A DNA stretch of 64,000 nucleotides, from the NCBI GenBank assembly GCA_964270895.1, contig OZ185440.1. One strand, written 5' to 3'. The stretch's first letter is position 1, and every line of letters starts with the position of its first letter. Origin of the DNA: Podarcis filfolensis (taxonomy: Eukaryota). Position numbers and translations under genes: made by a program. Positions 36,805 through 49,964 of this stretch are shown one piece after another. A model generated the notes under the pieces. That model saw only the letters and a program-made list of their open reading frames with translations. It had not been told where the DNA came from and searched no databases.

Positions 36805-37142
36805 CAGTTCACAACATACAAGAAAAAAAACACAAAATACATAATAAAAAACAAGGACAACCCGCCCACACACAAACCAATAACTCCCAACCTCTCCCAC
36901 AAAAACATTTAAAAGGGTATAAGATATTAATCTGCCCAAGTCCTGGTTGGAGGAATGCTTTTGACTGGCGCCAGCCAAACCTCCCTGAGGAGAGCATCGC
37001 ACAAATGGGGAGCCAAGGCACAAAAGGTCTGTTTTCGTGTTGCTGCCTCTCCGGACCTCTTGTGGAGGAGGCGTACAGAGAAGGGTCTCAGATGATGGTC
37101 ACAGGTTTTGGGTGGGCTCATATGGAGAGAGGTGGTCCTTGA
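36805..37142 (-). mobile_element. Older L2 3' fragment
   Basis: Minus-strand ORF TRKQTFCALAPHLCDALLREVWLAP resembles the L2 RAFSVAAPRLWNALP motif. Confidence 0.6.
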
Positions 37143-38018
37143 TTGTGATCTCGCTTGAAAACAATCAAAATTGCCTAGGCACTTCCATCCCCAGGGCCAC
37201 CCCTATCATTAGGCAGAGTGAGGCAGCTACTGGGGGAGGTGCTTGGTTGCAGGGAGGTGGCAAAGTTTTGGAGGACAGAGACTTGTGCACCACATGGCCT
37301 AACAACCCCCCCCCACTCCCCAACACTAGCCTGCTGCCCTCAGTGGACGATGCTGTCACCTCACCAGTATTACAATAAGATTCAGCTGCCAGGCCAGTCA
37401 GCTTCTGAGTTTATAATGGTGTGTATGATCTGGTCCTTCTCCTCAGGCAGCAAAATGTCTTGGGCTGCCTCTGCTGTTCTGAACCCGCTGCCCTGATCAT
37501 TCACACTTCCAACACAAAATATTGTCTTACAGCCAAAAGGAATAACCATTTTTAATATATAATTTTATTTATAATTTTTCAGCAAATAAACAACTCAACG
37601 ACATTTCAAATTTAGCATTCAATCATTCCATCTACAACTTCCCTTTCCTCCATGGTTCCCTAAGAAAAATCAGTTTATGCTGAATATTATAGTTACTCGA
37701 TACCGTCTCACAAGAAAAACAAAAAGTCCAACCCCACTTGCTGTTCTTACTCAAATCCTATTTGCGTTTTTACACTTGGCTTTTTAAGTATCCCGCAAAC
37801 ATTTCCCATAACAAATAACAAAACATGGTGTGGGATTCAGCCGACAAGTCCTGCTAAGGGAAGCCAGTGCAGTGGGGGTTTCCCCTCTCTTCTCCCCACA
37901 TGCCCCTGAAACCGGCTCCGGGTTGGGAGAACCCCAAGAACAGAACAGCAGGAGGAAAGGGAGAATCATTCTATCTGACAAGCTGAAAAGCTGAAAAGCT
38001 TCCTTTGCCATAGCAGTA

Positions 38019-38260
38019 CAGTGGTACCTCGAGTTAAGTACTTAATTCGGTCCGGAGGTCCGTTCTTAAGCTGAAACCGTTCTTAACCTGAAGCACCACT
38101 TTAGCTAATGGGGCCTCCTGCTGCTGCCGCGCCATCGGAGCACGATTTCTGTTCTTATCCTGAAGCAAAGTTCTTAACCTGAAGCACTATTTCTGGGTTA
38201 GCGGAGTCTGTAACCTGAAGCGTATGTAACCTGAAGTGTATGTAACCTGAGGTACCACTG
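38019..38260. mobile_element. Tigger-like MITE
   Basis: Near-perfect TIRs and TA TSD. Confidence 0.92.
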
Positions 38261-38342
38261 TATGTTGAATTCCTCCCACAATAAAGAGGAGGGTTATTTA
38301 TTTGGGGTGGGGGACAACCAGTCAGATGTGCTTCGCATAAAC

Positions 38343-38470
38343 CAGGGATGAAGAATCAGGTGTTGTTGGAGTCCAACTCCCTTCAGGCCCACACAGCCTA
38401 GCCAGTGGTCAGAGATTGTGCAAGTTAGAATCTAGTAACATCCGACGGGCCACAAATTATCCAGTCACTG
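38343..38470. mobile_element. Old palindromic hAT MITE
   Basis: Degenerate version of the 41615-type element. Confidence 0.5.
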
Positions 38471-41400
38471 CCATAAACACAGTAACTTGGCAGGGGAAAC
38501 TGGCATCATGAACATGGAAATGACTGTCAGGTCACAGGGTCAAGCATGTTTTCCATCAAAATTGTGGGACTGAACCATCTCATCGCTATGCAACTCAATG
38601 CACCCAACAGCAATGAAGGCCCTGGAAGAACCACACTATGACAGAACTATGCATGATGAGAAACAAGAAAGTGGAAGCTACCCAAAATTAGCCCTTTCTC
38701 CTTGTATCACATGTAATGAGATGTACCTGTAGCCTGACATTATCAAACTGTGCTTGAGCCCTACTCCCCCAGTCGCTGTCAGCAATGTCGATGAAACACC
38801 TAACTGGATGTCATCACAAGGCACGGAGATTTTTATGCATACAGAAGGAGAGGGAGACTTGGGGTTATCATTTATCACAATAAATCGCCCTACCTGAGAT
38901 TCCTCTCTTTTTCTACGGTGTCCTAGGAGAGGCTGAGACGGTCATCTCCATTTCTGTGATTTGGCTTGAGAACTGATGGGGTGATCGATTCCTTGTTAAG
39001 GATGGCAAGAACAACTTCAGATTTACCGCTTTGAAGGCTAACGTGCCTTTATACTCCTTTTTCCTCCCCTTCACACACTACATGCGAGAAGGCATAGATA
39101 AACTCCCCGCCCCCCGTTCATTTTAGGAAATTGGAGTCCCAGATGCAAGCATTGCAGGTGCGTATTCAACAAGAAGACTGGGAAACACTTTGACTGCAAA
39201 GTATACTTCCCAAACTAGCTACCCATGATAATACTGAGGTAACAAAGAAACCAGCCTCCGCACTAATTTCTCACTGCAGCTGTTGGGGTGTTAGATTAGA
39301 AGGCTGTATACCTTTCCCAAGAATATTAAAGCAGACTGTCTAACCGCCTGTGTTTGTCCTAGTAGCCTCATTCTTGCTGTTAGCAGAGCATGTCCCAACT
39401 GTTGTCAATTTATCAATGTAACGTGCACTAGTGGGCACAGTTTGAGCAGCCATTAGGACAGGTGCCTCTATCCATCACAGTCAGTCACTTATTCCACCTT
39501 GTCAGGAAAACTAAATGGAGCTTTTGGAGAAATGTAAACAACTCTCTAATGGACAATCAAAGCACCACTTTCTGAAGCAAACAAGAGGAAGGAATCTGAC
39601 AGGCCTTTTTTTATAAAAAGAAGAAGAAGGAAGAATCGAGTATTTTAAGTGTTAAAACCCCTTTTAAAAATATGTTTCCATTTCTCAAACAGGAAAACAG
39701 AAGTCCAAGTGTTTTATTTTCCAAGAGATGAAGAAACTCAGTTTGTTGTACAGACGTGAATGTCCTTTTTAGGGTTTTTCAGGCTCTCTGACAAACTGGA
39801 AAGCATGACCAGATATTTATTTGACCCACAAAATAAACAAGTCCATTACAGATCCCTGGCCCTGGCTGTTAGTAAGTGATTCTTCTAGAGATGTTAAATC
39901 TGCAGTTGTATACGCAGCTAAGATCAATGATGCTTACTCACAGCCAGAATTCCTCGGGTTGCGTTGCCCATCTACAATATGGATGTTGGAACCCACTTTG
40001 AGATCCTAGAGCTGGGCTAGTCAACTGGGATAAAAATACTGAAATAAATTCTGTTTCAAATCTATTGGGAAGCATCCGACCAAGTCATACTCAAAGTAGA
40101 CCCATTGTAATCAACAGACTTCAGCTTCTCATCATGGTTAGCTCAAGTCCATTGGGGTACTCTGAACATAACCTTTTGTCTCCACCAGGAAGAAAGCTCA
40201 AGCGATCCACAAAAATGAACTAGAAAAGTACAACAACAACAACACCCAACTCCCAAATTTCTTCACATTCATGTACTCAGACACCCACATACCATATGTG
40301 TTAGTTCATGTCAATTAATGAGTACATTTCATTTACAAAAGAATAATCCATGATACCCAGTTTGTACATTCTTTGCTATTTTGAAAGAGAGAGAGAGAGA
40401 GCAGTTAATACTGGCAATTATTTTTTTCACTGACACTGCTGTTTTCCTGATATTTTTTAGCAAAAAAAAAAAAAATCTCCCAAACTGTGCGACACCAGTC
40501 CTAATATCGCAAGTCTGTCCATATAAGGATAAGCTCTCTAGTATTTGTCCAAAATAAAAAGGTTGATGAAGTACAACATCGCCCATGCAATTTCTCTCCC
40601 CGGTGCCACAGCACCTTGCCTGTTACAGGTAAACATAAAAACTTGTGAGTAACAATATGATCCCATCAATCTCCCCCTTTACTAGCGCTTTATAGCTCTT
40701 TGTAAACCTAGTAATTAACTTTTGTCAAGCTTTGTAAAAGCATTTAGAGTGTCCTGCTGGCATCTGTGTTTAAAACAACATTATTGCCTTTTAAATACAG
40801 GACACCCAGTTCCTTCATTGAAACAAAATACTTGCCCTCCAAGGCTCAGGTGTTAAGCCTCTACAAACATCGGAGCAAAAAAGCCACGTCTGGAATTGGT
40901 CGTGGATAGTTTATGGATTTAATTTCTTTTGGGAAATAAAGGATGACTTCCAAAAAAAATTGACATGAGTACAGAGCTTGTGTAATCTCCTTTTGCAGTG
41001 ATTTTTCTTTGATTGATGTGCCATTAATACTTTAATTGGTAACAGGTGCGGTTGATTGTTAGTTCCTAAGCTAAAAAATCTGAAATTGAACATAAGGCTC
41101 TGATAAATTAATAAACTCTCTTCTAAACAGTTGTTGCTGTGGAGGAACTAACTTTCCATGAAGTGCTGCTCCATCAAGCACACTGAATTCTTTATGTTAA
41201 AAAGCAAAGTGATGCTTAATGATAAATTAAAATTACACTAACAGGCAGGGAGAGAACATAATAATGACACCCCCCCTTAAGGAAAAAAAAACGTGGCTGG
41301 GAAGAACAGAGGAAAATGTTTCATGAAATGTGTGGGCAACATTTTGAACATCAGGGTAGATCTTTGGGCTTCGTATCAGGTTATTAAAGACAGCTTGTTT

Positions 41401-41539
41401 TATGAAATATGAATGCATCAAGCAAATGAAAGCGAGGAAGGCATAAGGAAGATTATGAAGAAAGTCAAAGGAAAGTCAGCTGTGCCAGCTTCTTGAGGTG
41501 TCAGATGTGGCCATGGTGACACATGCTTTAATCACATTT

Positions 41540-41600
41540 GGATTACTGCAACACACTCTACATGGGGCTGCCTCTGAAGACTGCGCGACTGATTCAAAAA
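41540..41600 (+). mobile_element. L2 RT fragment
   Basis: Translates as DYCNTLYMGLPLKTARLIQ, the L2 DYCN motif. Confidence 0.7.
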
Positions 41601-41614
41601 GGGACCAGCTAGAG

Positions 41615-41750
41615 CAGGCATAGGCAAACTCGGCCCTCCAGATGTTTTTAGACTACAATTCCCATCATCCCTGACCACTGGTCCTGTTAGCTAGGGATGA
41701 TGGGAGTTGTAGTCCCAAAACATCTGGAGGGCCAAGGTTGCCTATGCCTG
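41615..41750. mobile_element. Short palindromic hAT MITE
   Basis: TIRs CAGGCATAGGCAA / TTGCCTATGCCTG; perfect TSD AGCTAGAG. Confidence 0.95.
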
Positions 41751-42577
41751 AGCTAGAGGGAGCATTTGACTCCAGTGTTGCAACCATTAAATTGGTAGGT
41801 GTTAGTCATGGAGTCGCAAGTCCTGCCAATCCCAGGGAAGCAGTAGAAGTGATGGGCTGGGACCTATCATGAGGAACAGAATAGAGTTGATGGAGATACC
41901 TACTACTCAAGGATGTGGATGATCTAGATGTCCAGACATCTTCTGGATGGGTTTGCCAATAAGTAGCTTGGAAGTGCTCCTTGGTCTATCGCAGACCACG
42001 GCTGCTGATGGGGCAGCTGTTAGCCAGGGGTTTGTTTAACTGTTTCAGGTGACATACCAAGTGTGCTGTATTTGAAGAAGGCAGACTCTTCTGTGATGGG
42101 GCACAGGTCTTTGGAATGGTCTCCCAGTCAGTGGTGTGCTGTGAAATTTGTTAGGGTCAGAGGCACCAACTTACAAGAGCAATTTTTTTGGGGGGGTGAC
42201 ATTGCATGTGTGACGTCTTGATGTCCTGACGTTGCATGTGTGAACATTGCGCCTGCCTCCCGGGTAGAAGATTCCTGGGCTTTGGGAAGGAAGCAGCAGA
42301 AGAACATTTAGGGGACCAGCCTGGTCCCCCTAGGCTGGTCCCACTGCTCCCAGTTGATCTCTCAGAATTCTTTTTTCTTTTCTTTTTTACCAAATATGGA
42401 AAACATCCTTGTTTCAATGGGCTTTTAAGGTACAACACCTAGTTTTCTTGCTACCAGTTTTAGAATGGACACACGATGCAGCCATCTTGCTGAAGCCGAG
42501 CAGTTCTATGATCTGGGCAGTGCCTGGACAGGGAAACGACTTGGGATACCTATGTGCACTTCCTTGAGTCCTGTGAT

Positions 42578-42776
42578 CAGTGGCGGAGCTTCATGCTCCG
42601 GCACTGGGGGCGGAGAGCAGGTGGGGAGGGGCTGGCGCATGTCCTGGGGGTGGGGCGCGCCACCTGTGGGGGCAGGGCGCTCAGTGTGGGTGGGGGGCAG
42701 CCACGATGGAAACCCCATCGGGATCACGCTGCCGGGGGCGGTGCGATCCTCCCGCCCCCCTCTTCCTCCGCCAGTT
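42578..42776. mobile_element. GC-rich hAT MITE
   Basis: Ends CAGTGGCGGAG / CTCCGCCAGTT; perfect TSD CCTGTGAT. Confidence 0.85.
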
Positions 42777-45198
42777 CCTGTGATGGAAGGAAAGCAGGAT
42801 GAAACGTACTAAAATGACAATCTTTTAGCCTTAAAAAAGTATTGGTTGCGTTCCATGTTTTTGTTACTGCTTTCAGAAATTCTTTGTCACTGTGTGTGTG
42901 ATCACCTTGTTTGATTTTATGGTTGTTGTGGCATGCTGCTTTGGTAGAAGAGGAAGGTATACATAATGAATCGTCGTTGTTATGTCACTGATTAGCATAC
43001 CTGCATGTTTGCTTGAATCAGCTCAGCTTGACTGAATAATTCTGCCATTCTGCATGCAGCTTTCTACGGCTTTGGGAATAGTTTTGTTGAAGTGTACAAA
43101 TAGAAAAACTTCCGTGCACCTTCCAGATATTCCAGAGTACCTGCTGGTATGTGTGACTGCAAGATGAAAATGACTGCATCTGTCTGCAAAGGTACATATA
43201 TATCCTGGGCGCTGGGTGTATGGCTACAAAGCTGTTCGGAATCAACCGCATCCTAGAAGAATTGTATCAGGCAGCAGTGGCTGGAGGGAGGTCAGCAGAT
43301 TCAGACAAGCTATTCAGAAAAAAAAGAGAGAGGCACATGAGAAAGTAGCCTCCTTGCTTGTGAAATAATCTATCCTGCATCTGTGAAACATGGTTGGCCT
43401 GATATTACTGAAGACTATAGATAGACTTGCCAGCTTGTATTTATGGAATGCCTGTTGACCACAAATAAAACAGAGAAGACGGATGGACTCAATTTGACAG
43501 ATTACAAAAGCTAATCTCTTGGTCAGATGTTAAAATTGCCTTCCCCTCCCTGGCCTAGAGTACAGTATCAGGACTAACAAACAGATGAAATTAGCAGTGG
43601 AACAGTTTGAAAGTGATTTGAGACGGAAGACATTATATAAATGCAAGTCATTATCACCATGTGGTATATATTTTTTCTCCATATGTGTGCATAATTCCCA
43701 TTAGCGTTAATGAAAGTTCCAACCATGCATCAACAGAAGAATAAATCCCAACGTCTAGATCTCTTTCATGTAGGAAATCTGAAATAGAAAGTGAGACTTC
43801 TTGCACAAGAGGCAGTTAATGGAAGCAGATACCCTCCCTTGCCAGCACTGATGTGCACCTTGGGAGGGGAAAAATGCAGAAAGGCGACCTTTGCCCTGTC
43901 CCTTCCAGTCAGAAAATCCAGGCCTCGGTATAGCTTTTTAAGCACTGCATTGATTGACAATGCTTCTGTATGTGTGGTCAGCCAGGAACCAAAACAATGA
44001 CTGTCTGAGGTGCCAGGTTTGGGTTTTTGGGGGCACCTATCACGGGCAGTCTACCTGACTATCCACTCAGCAGCTGAAACAGGTGGCAGCTTACAACAAA
44101 ATCTGATCCGGATCAAAATCCTCTGACATCCTTTGATACTCGTGAATGATCAATGATATCACTGTGTGGAGAGAAAGTTGGGTGTGAAATGAAGCTGGTG
44201 GTGACACAGGGAGATGCTAGCCATTTGCATGGCCACAGCAACAGGTAGAAGCACAGCTATAACCACAGGAATGTCTGCTAGCTCCCCACATGCAGGGTTC
44301 ACAGTTATGGCAGCCATGATATGGCACTGTTGATATAAGTGAAAATGGGGACCAAGTTTCAAGAAGAAAATGATCAAGCTTTCTGAGGTGCACCGAGTAT
44401 TTTGGGGAAAGCTGGTCCATACTATGGACCATGGATGACTGAATGGAGTGTAGTGTTTTACTGAGAAAGATACTGTTTTAACTATGGTTGTTTTGACTGT
44501 GTTCCCTGAGGTCCTTGGTAAAGGGTGGGATAAAATATATATGGTGTGTGTGTGAGAGAGAGAGAGAGAGAAAGAGAGAATATCCAATGGGCATTCCATT
44601 CATAGAAGGGGCTTGCACCCATCTAATACTTGTGCAAGGCGGGGAAGTGATTTTTCTGGGTTCTCCCTTCGCCCTACATCACATCTCCCATGTCACATCT
44701 CACACTGTTCTGGAGAGCCACTAAACCCTTAGAACAGATCTGGAGAGCACAAGAGGCTGTGAACAGCATTACACTCACAGAACCGAGGCATCAGGCTGGA
44801 CCATTCAGTTACTTCACTCTATTATTTCCTTGTTTCTTCTTCGTAAGCACCCTTCCCCCTGGTGTTTCTTTAGGAACCCCTCTAATGATTTCTTAAATTG
44901 CAGTGGTCCCATTATTGTTGGGAGCTTTTGTTTATTTATTTATATTTTTCATTTGCAGAGGCATAAATTTTACCTAACTAGATTGCTTTTGCCATCCTAA
45001 TTGCTATATGTCAAAGATCTCTTAGTTCCTTAGAGCAAAAATTGGCAGGCAAGTAACCCATAATGAAAAACAATTGGTTTGACTAACTTAGGCTGGGGAG
45101 GGGGTGTATATTTTGGTACGGGATATAGGAACAGTTATTTCATTTTGAAAAACTGTTTAATATGTTTGGCAGTCAGAGTAGCCAAGCCATTCAGCAAC

Positions 45199-45202
<4 letters not shown>

Positions 45203-45235
<33 letters not shown>

Positions 45236-45317
45236 TTAACAGCAGGCCTCGATAGCTGACTTGTGGTTGTCTTGCATGCTGAAATGGTTGCATGAGTACA
45301 TAGGAGACAAACTCTTG

Positions 45318-45364
<47 letters not shown>

Positions 45365-45370
45365 CTCTCT
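45203..45370. repeat. (TG)n (45203-45232) and (CT)n (45320-45370) microsatellites
   Basis: Directly visible. Confidence 0.9.
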
Positions 45371-45434
45371 CCCCATGAGAATAAAAAACAACTTGCTGTC
45401 TTAATAAGTTACGCAGATAGTTACCAGCAGCTAA

Positions 45435-45778
45435 CAGACCCTCCAAGTGTCCCTGTTTTCCAGGGACGACCCTGATTTAGACAAGCTGTCCCAGTTTCTG
45501 ATTTGATCCCAGAATGTCCAGCTTTTCCTTAGGATGTCCCTATTTTCATTGGAGAAATGTTGGAGGGTATGGAGTTATCCAACTCCAAAGCTGTCTGAAG
45601 ACAATCCTGTATAGGGATTTAAAAAAAAATGTTTAATGTTTTATTATGTTTTTATTTATGTTGGAAGCTGCTCAGAATGGCTGACGAAACCCAGTCACAT
45701 GTTTTGGTTATAAAGAGTAAAAATATTGTTATGGAATGGGACGTCCCTATTTTCATTGGAGTAATGTTGGAGGTTATG
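45435..45778 (+). repeat. Composite interspersed repeat, copy 1
   Basis: Reverse-complement homologue at 46420-46765; internal ~40-bp direct repeat flanking an L2-like 3' piece. Confidence 0.75.
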
Positions 45779-46419
45779 AGCTAATTTAACCAGTGCGCAG
45801 CCCCTAGTAGCTGGCCTCAAATCAAGCAAGTCTCACTTTCAGTCATCCAACACAGACAGAAACTTCTGCCTACAGATCAACACCATCACCATCATTCCAG
45901 TTCATATCTTGGCCATAGCAACACATAAGTCACGTGTTCAGGTCAAAAAGCCCACTCTCCAGATGAGACATATTAAAAGAGAGAGGAAGTCGACTGCAGT
46001 CTGGCCACCAGTTGGCAGCTATAACATTTCTCTTGTCCAGAATTCACATCCCAGAATAAAATATAGATTTACAGAGTGTGTCATCATTGTAAAGTTTTTA
46101 CAAGGATGTTTGCAAGGCAGTTTGCAAGGCACCCTTTGTTTACCCATTTCTAACTGCATTTTACTTTTGTCTTTTTCTTTTTTGCCTCTGTAACATTCAC
46201 AATTTTCCTTCCTTCCTTCCTTCCTTCCTTCCTTCCCTCCCTCCCTCTGGTTCCTATTCTGTCTCTTAGGCAGCAAGAAATGATTGATCACTTCCTTCAG
46301 CACTGGATTAACCCAGTCAGATGGGTGGGGTATAAAACAACAACAACAACCTATTATGCTATAGAATGCCTATCACTGTAGTACAGTTCTCTGACCAATA
46401 ACTTATTCAGTTATTGGGG

Positions 46420-46765
46420 CATACCCTCCAACATTTCTCTGAAGAAAATTGGGATGTCCCATTTCATAACGATAATTTTACTATTTATACCCCACACATC
46501 CTACTGGGTTGTCCCAGCCACTCTGGGCAGCTTCCAACATATATTAAAACATTATAAAACATTAAACTTTTTTAAAAAACCTTCCCTATACAGGATGGCC
46601 TTCACATGGCTCAGGGATCAGATAACTCCTTACCCTCCAGCATTTCTCCAATGAAAACAGGGACATCCTAAAGAAAAGTGGGACATTCCAGGATCAAATC
46701 AGAAACCAGGACGGCTTCTCTAAATCAGGCATGTCCCTGGAAAATAGGGACACTGGGAGGGTCTG
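46420..46765 (-). repeat. Composite interspersed repeat, copy 2 (inverted)
   Basis: Reverse complement of 45435-45778. Confidence 0.75.
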
Positions 46766-48500
46766 TTTGGGTATCAGTCCCTGACCTCAGTTCTGATTTG
46801 TTTATGTCATCAAAAGTTGACCCACAGACTAAAAACAGTAGGAAGAAAAGGATGTGTGGTGGAAGAAGGATCAAATAGAATAGCAGAACAAGGATCTCTT
46901 TCTCTCTCCCCTACCGTCCATAAAGCCAAGGGTCACATGAAATTAGGCAGAGTACTGCAAGTTGTCCACAAGTGCTGTAAGGTAAATGATGCAAATAGGA
47001 GCAGGGCTGAGGCTCAGAGGGAATGGCTTGCCTAAGACCTTCTGGTAAGCACAGTGTTCAGCCAACATGAAACAAAACTTGCTCTTTACTTCTCCATTCT
47101 TTGACACTTGGTCCTTATAGTGGTGTGTGTGTGTGTGTGTGTGTGTTTCAATCTACTTTTAAAATATATATAGTTTTAAATTTCCCTGAACACCAGTTAT
47201 GGGCCTAGTTATGGAAAGGGAAGTTTTAAGTGCACACATTGATCCAATTATGTTAAAACCTATTGAGGGAGTTTTAAAACATATTTCATAGCCTCACACA
47301 TTGTAAGAAAATCATCATAGCCAATGATAGCCTATTGGTTTACCTACTTATGTAGGTGCATTAAAAGAGATGGAGATATAACAGGGAAGAATACGAGCTC
47401 ATACCATTATACGGGTCTCTTTCTTTGCCTCCTCGCATAATTTCCATGTAAACATCCTTTAATATAAATCTATTATAGTTGTTAAAATCCCACCAATTGT
47501 TGTGGGTGGAGGCCGAATTTGTAGAATCTGTTATCATATCATCATGTGCATGTTTTGATTCTTACTGAAAAGCAAAATAACAAATCTTCCTTGCTAGTTT
47601 AGAAATACGTTAGTTATGTAATCTGAAATTACACAATGAACGTATTTTCAAATAGCGAAGAAGATGCTGTTTTTGACATTTTTCGAGCAATAAATAACGC
47701 CATGTGGCAAAACCAGCTAAAGCTGCAGACCAAGTTCCAGTATGAAATTAATTTTTAATTTTTAATTAATACTTGCACCCAAAACAAACCCACAGGATTT
47801 AAAAGCTGAAGTGCTGGAACAGCTTTCTCAACTTTCAGGCAATGTAAGGGAAGAGGAATTGCCTATAACTCACTGAACATATTGTTATAGTTTTTTGGGG
47901 GGGCCCTAGAAATTGGTAAATGGTGGGATTTCAATTGTTTGGAGTATTGAAGGGAAGATTGCATGCCACTGGAGGCTGGCCACTGGCCAATGGAGGCTAA
48001 GCTTACTTTCCAAACCAGAACCTCACCTGGGATAGAGGTGATAGCATGGCAAAAGATGTTGATGGGCCTTCTAAGAGGAATCTTAGACCTGGGCAGGGTA
48101 ACTGGCTGTGAGGTGGCAGGAAAGAGTCTTGAGCAAGGTATGCTGGGTAGAAGGGGGGGGACAAAGATGGAGATCCATCTTGGGCAGGCTGGCTGAAGGC
48201 TGGCTGAGAAAGATGCCTAGGACTCCAGGACTCCACTGCTATAGGGTACAAGCCCCTCTTGAAATGACCATGCTGTAGGATCTGGACTTCATGCAGACTG
48301 AAGGTGTCAATATATGAATAAATATCTATCCTTTGGATTTTGCATTTCTCTGAATTTTGTGATACACTTTTCTGCTTTAGAAAATGGGACAGAATGCATT
48401 TAGGAATGAATATCTGTGAAATTGTCATGGATTGGAAGGCTAAGCCATCCACCCCTACATGAAATAGAGAGAGCATGGAAGGAGATGCTGAAAGAAAGTA

Positions 48501-48734
48501 CAGTGGTACCTCAGGTTACAGATGCTTCAGGTTACGGACGCTTCAGGTTACAGACTCCGCTAACCCAGAAATAGTACCTTGGTTTAAGAACTTTGCTTCA
48601 GGATGAAAACAGAAATTGTGCTCTGGCGGCAGCAGGAGGCCCCATTAGCTGAAGTGGTACCTCATCTTAAGAACAGTTTCAGGTTAAGAACGGACCTCCA
48701 GAACGAATTAAGTTCTTGACCTGAGGTACCACTG
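48501..48734. mobile_element. Tigger-like MITE
   Basis: TIRs and TA TSD. Confidence 0.92.
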
Positions 48735-49656
48735 TATCTGATCTTATGTTCCGGTTACCAAGAACAGGAAAGCAACATGTCCTGACAACCAGGGAGAGCA
48801 GAACTTTTTGCAGCTGAGTTTTTTAAAATACAGTTTCATTGTTTGAGAGGCTCACCTTCTACTATTGAAACTCAAAGCTTCCAATGTCTTAATTTTAGAC
48901 TATCATCTTCCGTTGTTAGTGAAAAAATTAAGAGATAATCCACTGATGTAGATTCTAAGCACTGGAATGAGATAATTTATGGGGAACCAAATTATCTGTG
49001 GATTGTCTGCCTGAACTTGCATTTTAAGGTAGCTTGTGGCTTAATATATGCTAGAAATGAGATTGTGTGTTCTCTTATTGTGGAAGCGTGGCCACTGGGG
49101 GGGAAATATCCTTAAGAATACATGTACCTAGAGAAAAGTCATGTTATTGCTATTTCAGAGCTAAGTAGGATAACAACAACAACAACAGCAAACAGCCTGC
49201 TTGAACCATAAAACAATTGAACTTAAAAAAGAAAATGCAACAATTGTGAAACATTACCAGACTGATGAATTAAATATCATAGGAAGTTTCCCTTTATAAT
49301 ACTGAGTGTTTATGTTTTGTATTGCATAACTGAAGAAATCTCTATGGGGAGCAAAGACCAATTTAAATTATGAGGCTGTTGTTGTTCCTAGGAGCCTTAC
49401 CAGCAGTCACACAAAAACCACAGTCAAGAGAAAGTTGCTCTCAACTCATGTATTTTCTCTGTCTCAAAAAAAAGAAGAAAAAAGGGTCCAGTTGTTTCTT
49501 GTGCATCGCTCAGCCTTGTGTTTTTCCCCCCTTCCACCTTAAAATCTTTACCTGGCCGAGATCTGTTGTTCCATTACTGGAGGGCAAAAATGGGAGGAAT
49601 TGTCTAGGCTAAATTGCAATTAGGCAGCCCTGAGTGAGGCTGGCACCAGTTAACTT

Positions 49657-49964
49657 NNNNNNNNNNNNNNNNNNNNNNNNNNNNNNNNNNNNNNNNNNNN
49701 NNNNNNNNNNNNNNNNNNNNNNNNNNNNNNNNNNNNNNNNNNNNNNNNNNNNNNNNNNNNNNNNNNNNNNNNNNNNNNNNNNNNNNNNNNNNNNNNNNNN
49801 NNNNNNNNNNNNNNNNNNNNNNNNNNNNNNNNNNNNNNNNNNNNNNNNNNNNNNNNNNNNNNNNNNNNNNNNNNNNNNNNNNNNNNNNNNNNNNNNNNNN
49901 NNNNNNNNNNNNNNNNNNNNNNNNNNNNNNNNNNNNNNNNNNNNNNNNNNNNNNNNNNNNNNNN
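49657..49964. other. Assembly gap (308 N)
   Basis: N run. Confidence 0.95.

Noticed and set aside
38200-38260. GTAACCTGAAG short direct repeats with spacers
   Set aside because: These are standard subterminal repeats of the Tigger-like MITE, present in every copy.
44159-44599. 146-aa minus-strand ORF
   Set aside because: It starts across a (GA)n/(TG)n microsatellite and has no recognisable motif.
48003-48476. 157-aa minus-strand ORF
   Set aside because: No recognisable domain, no splice context and a non-canonical start; likely chance.
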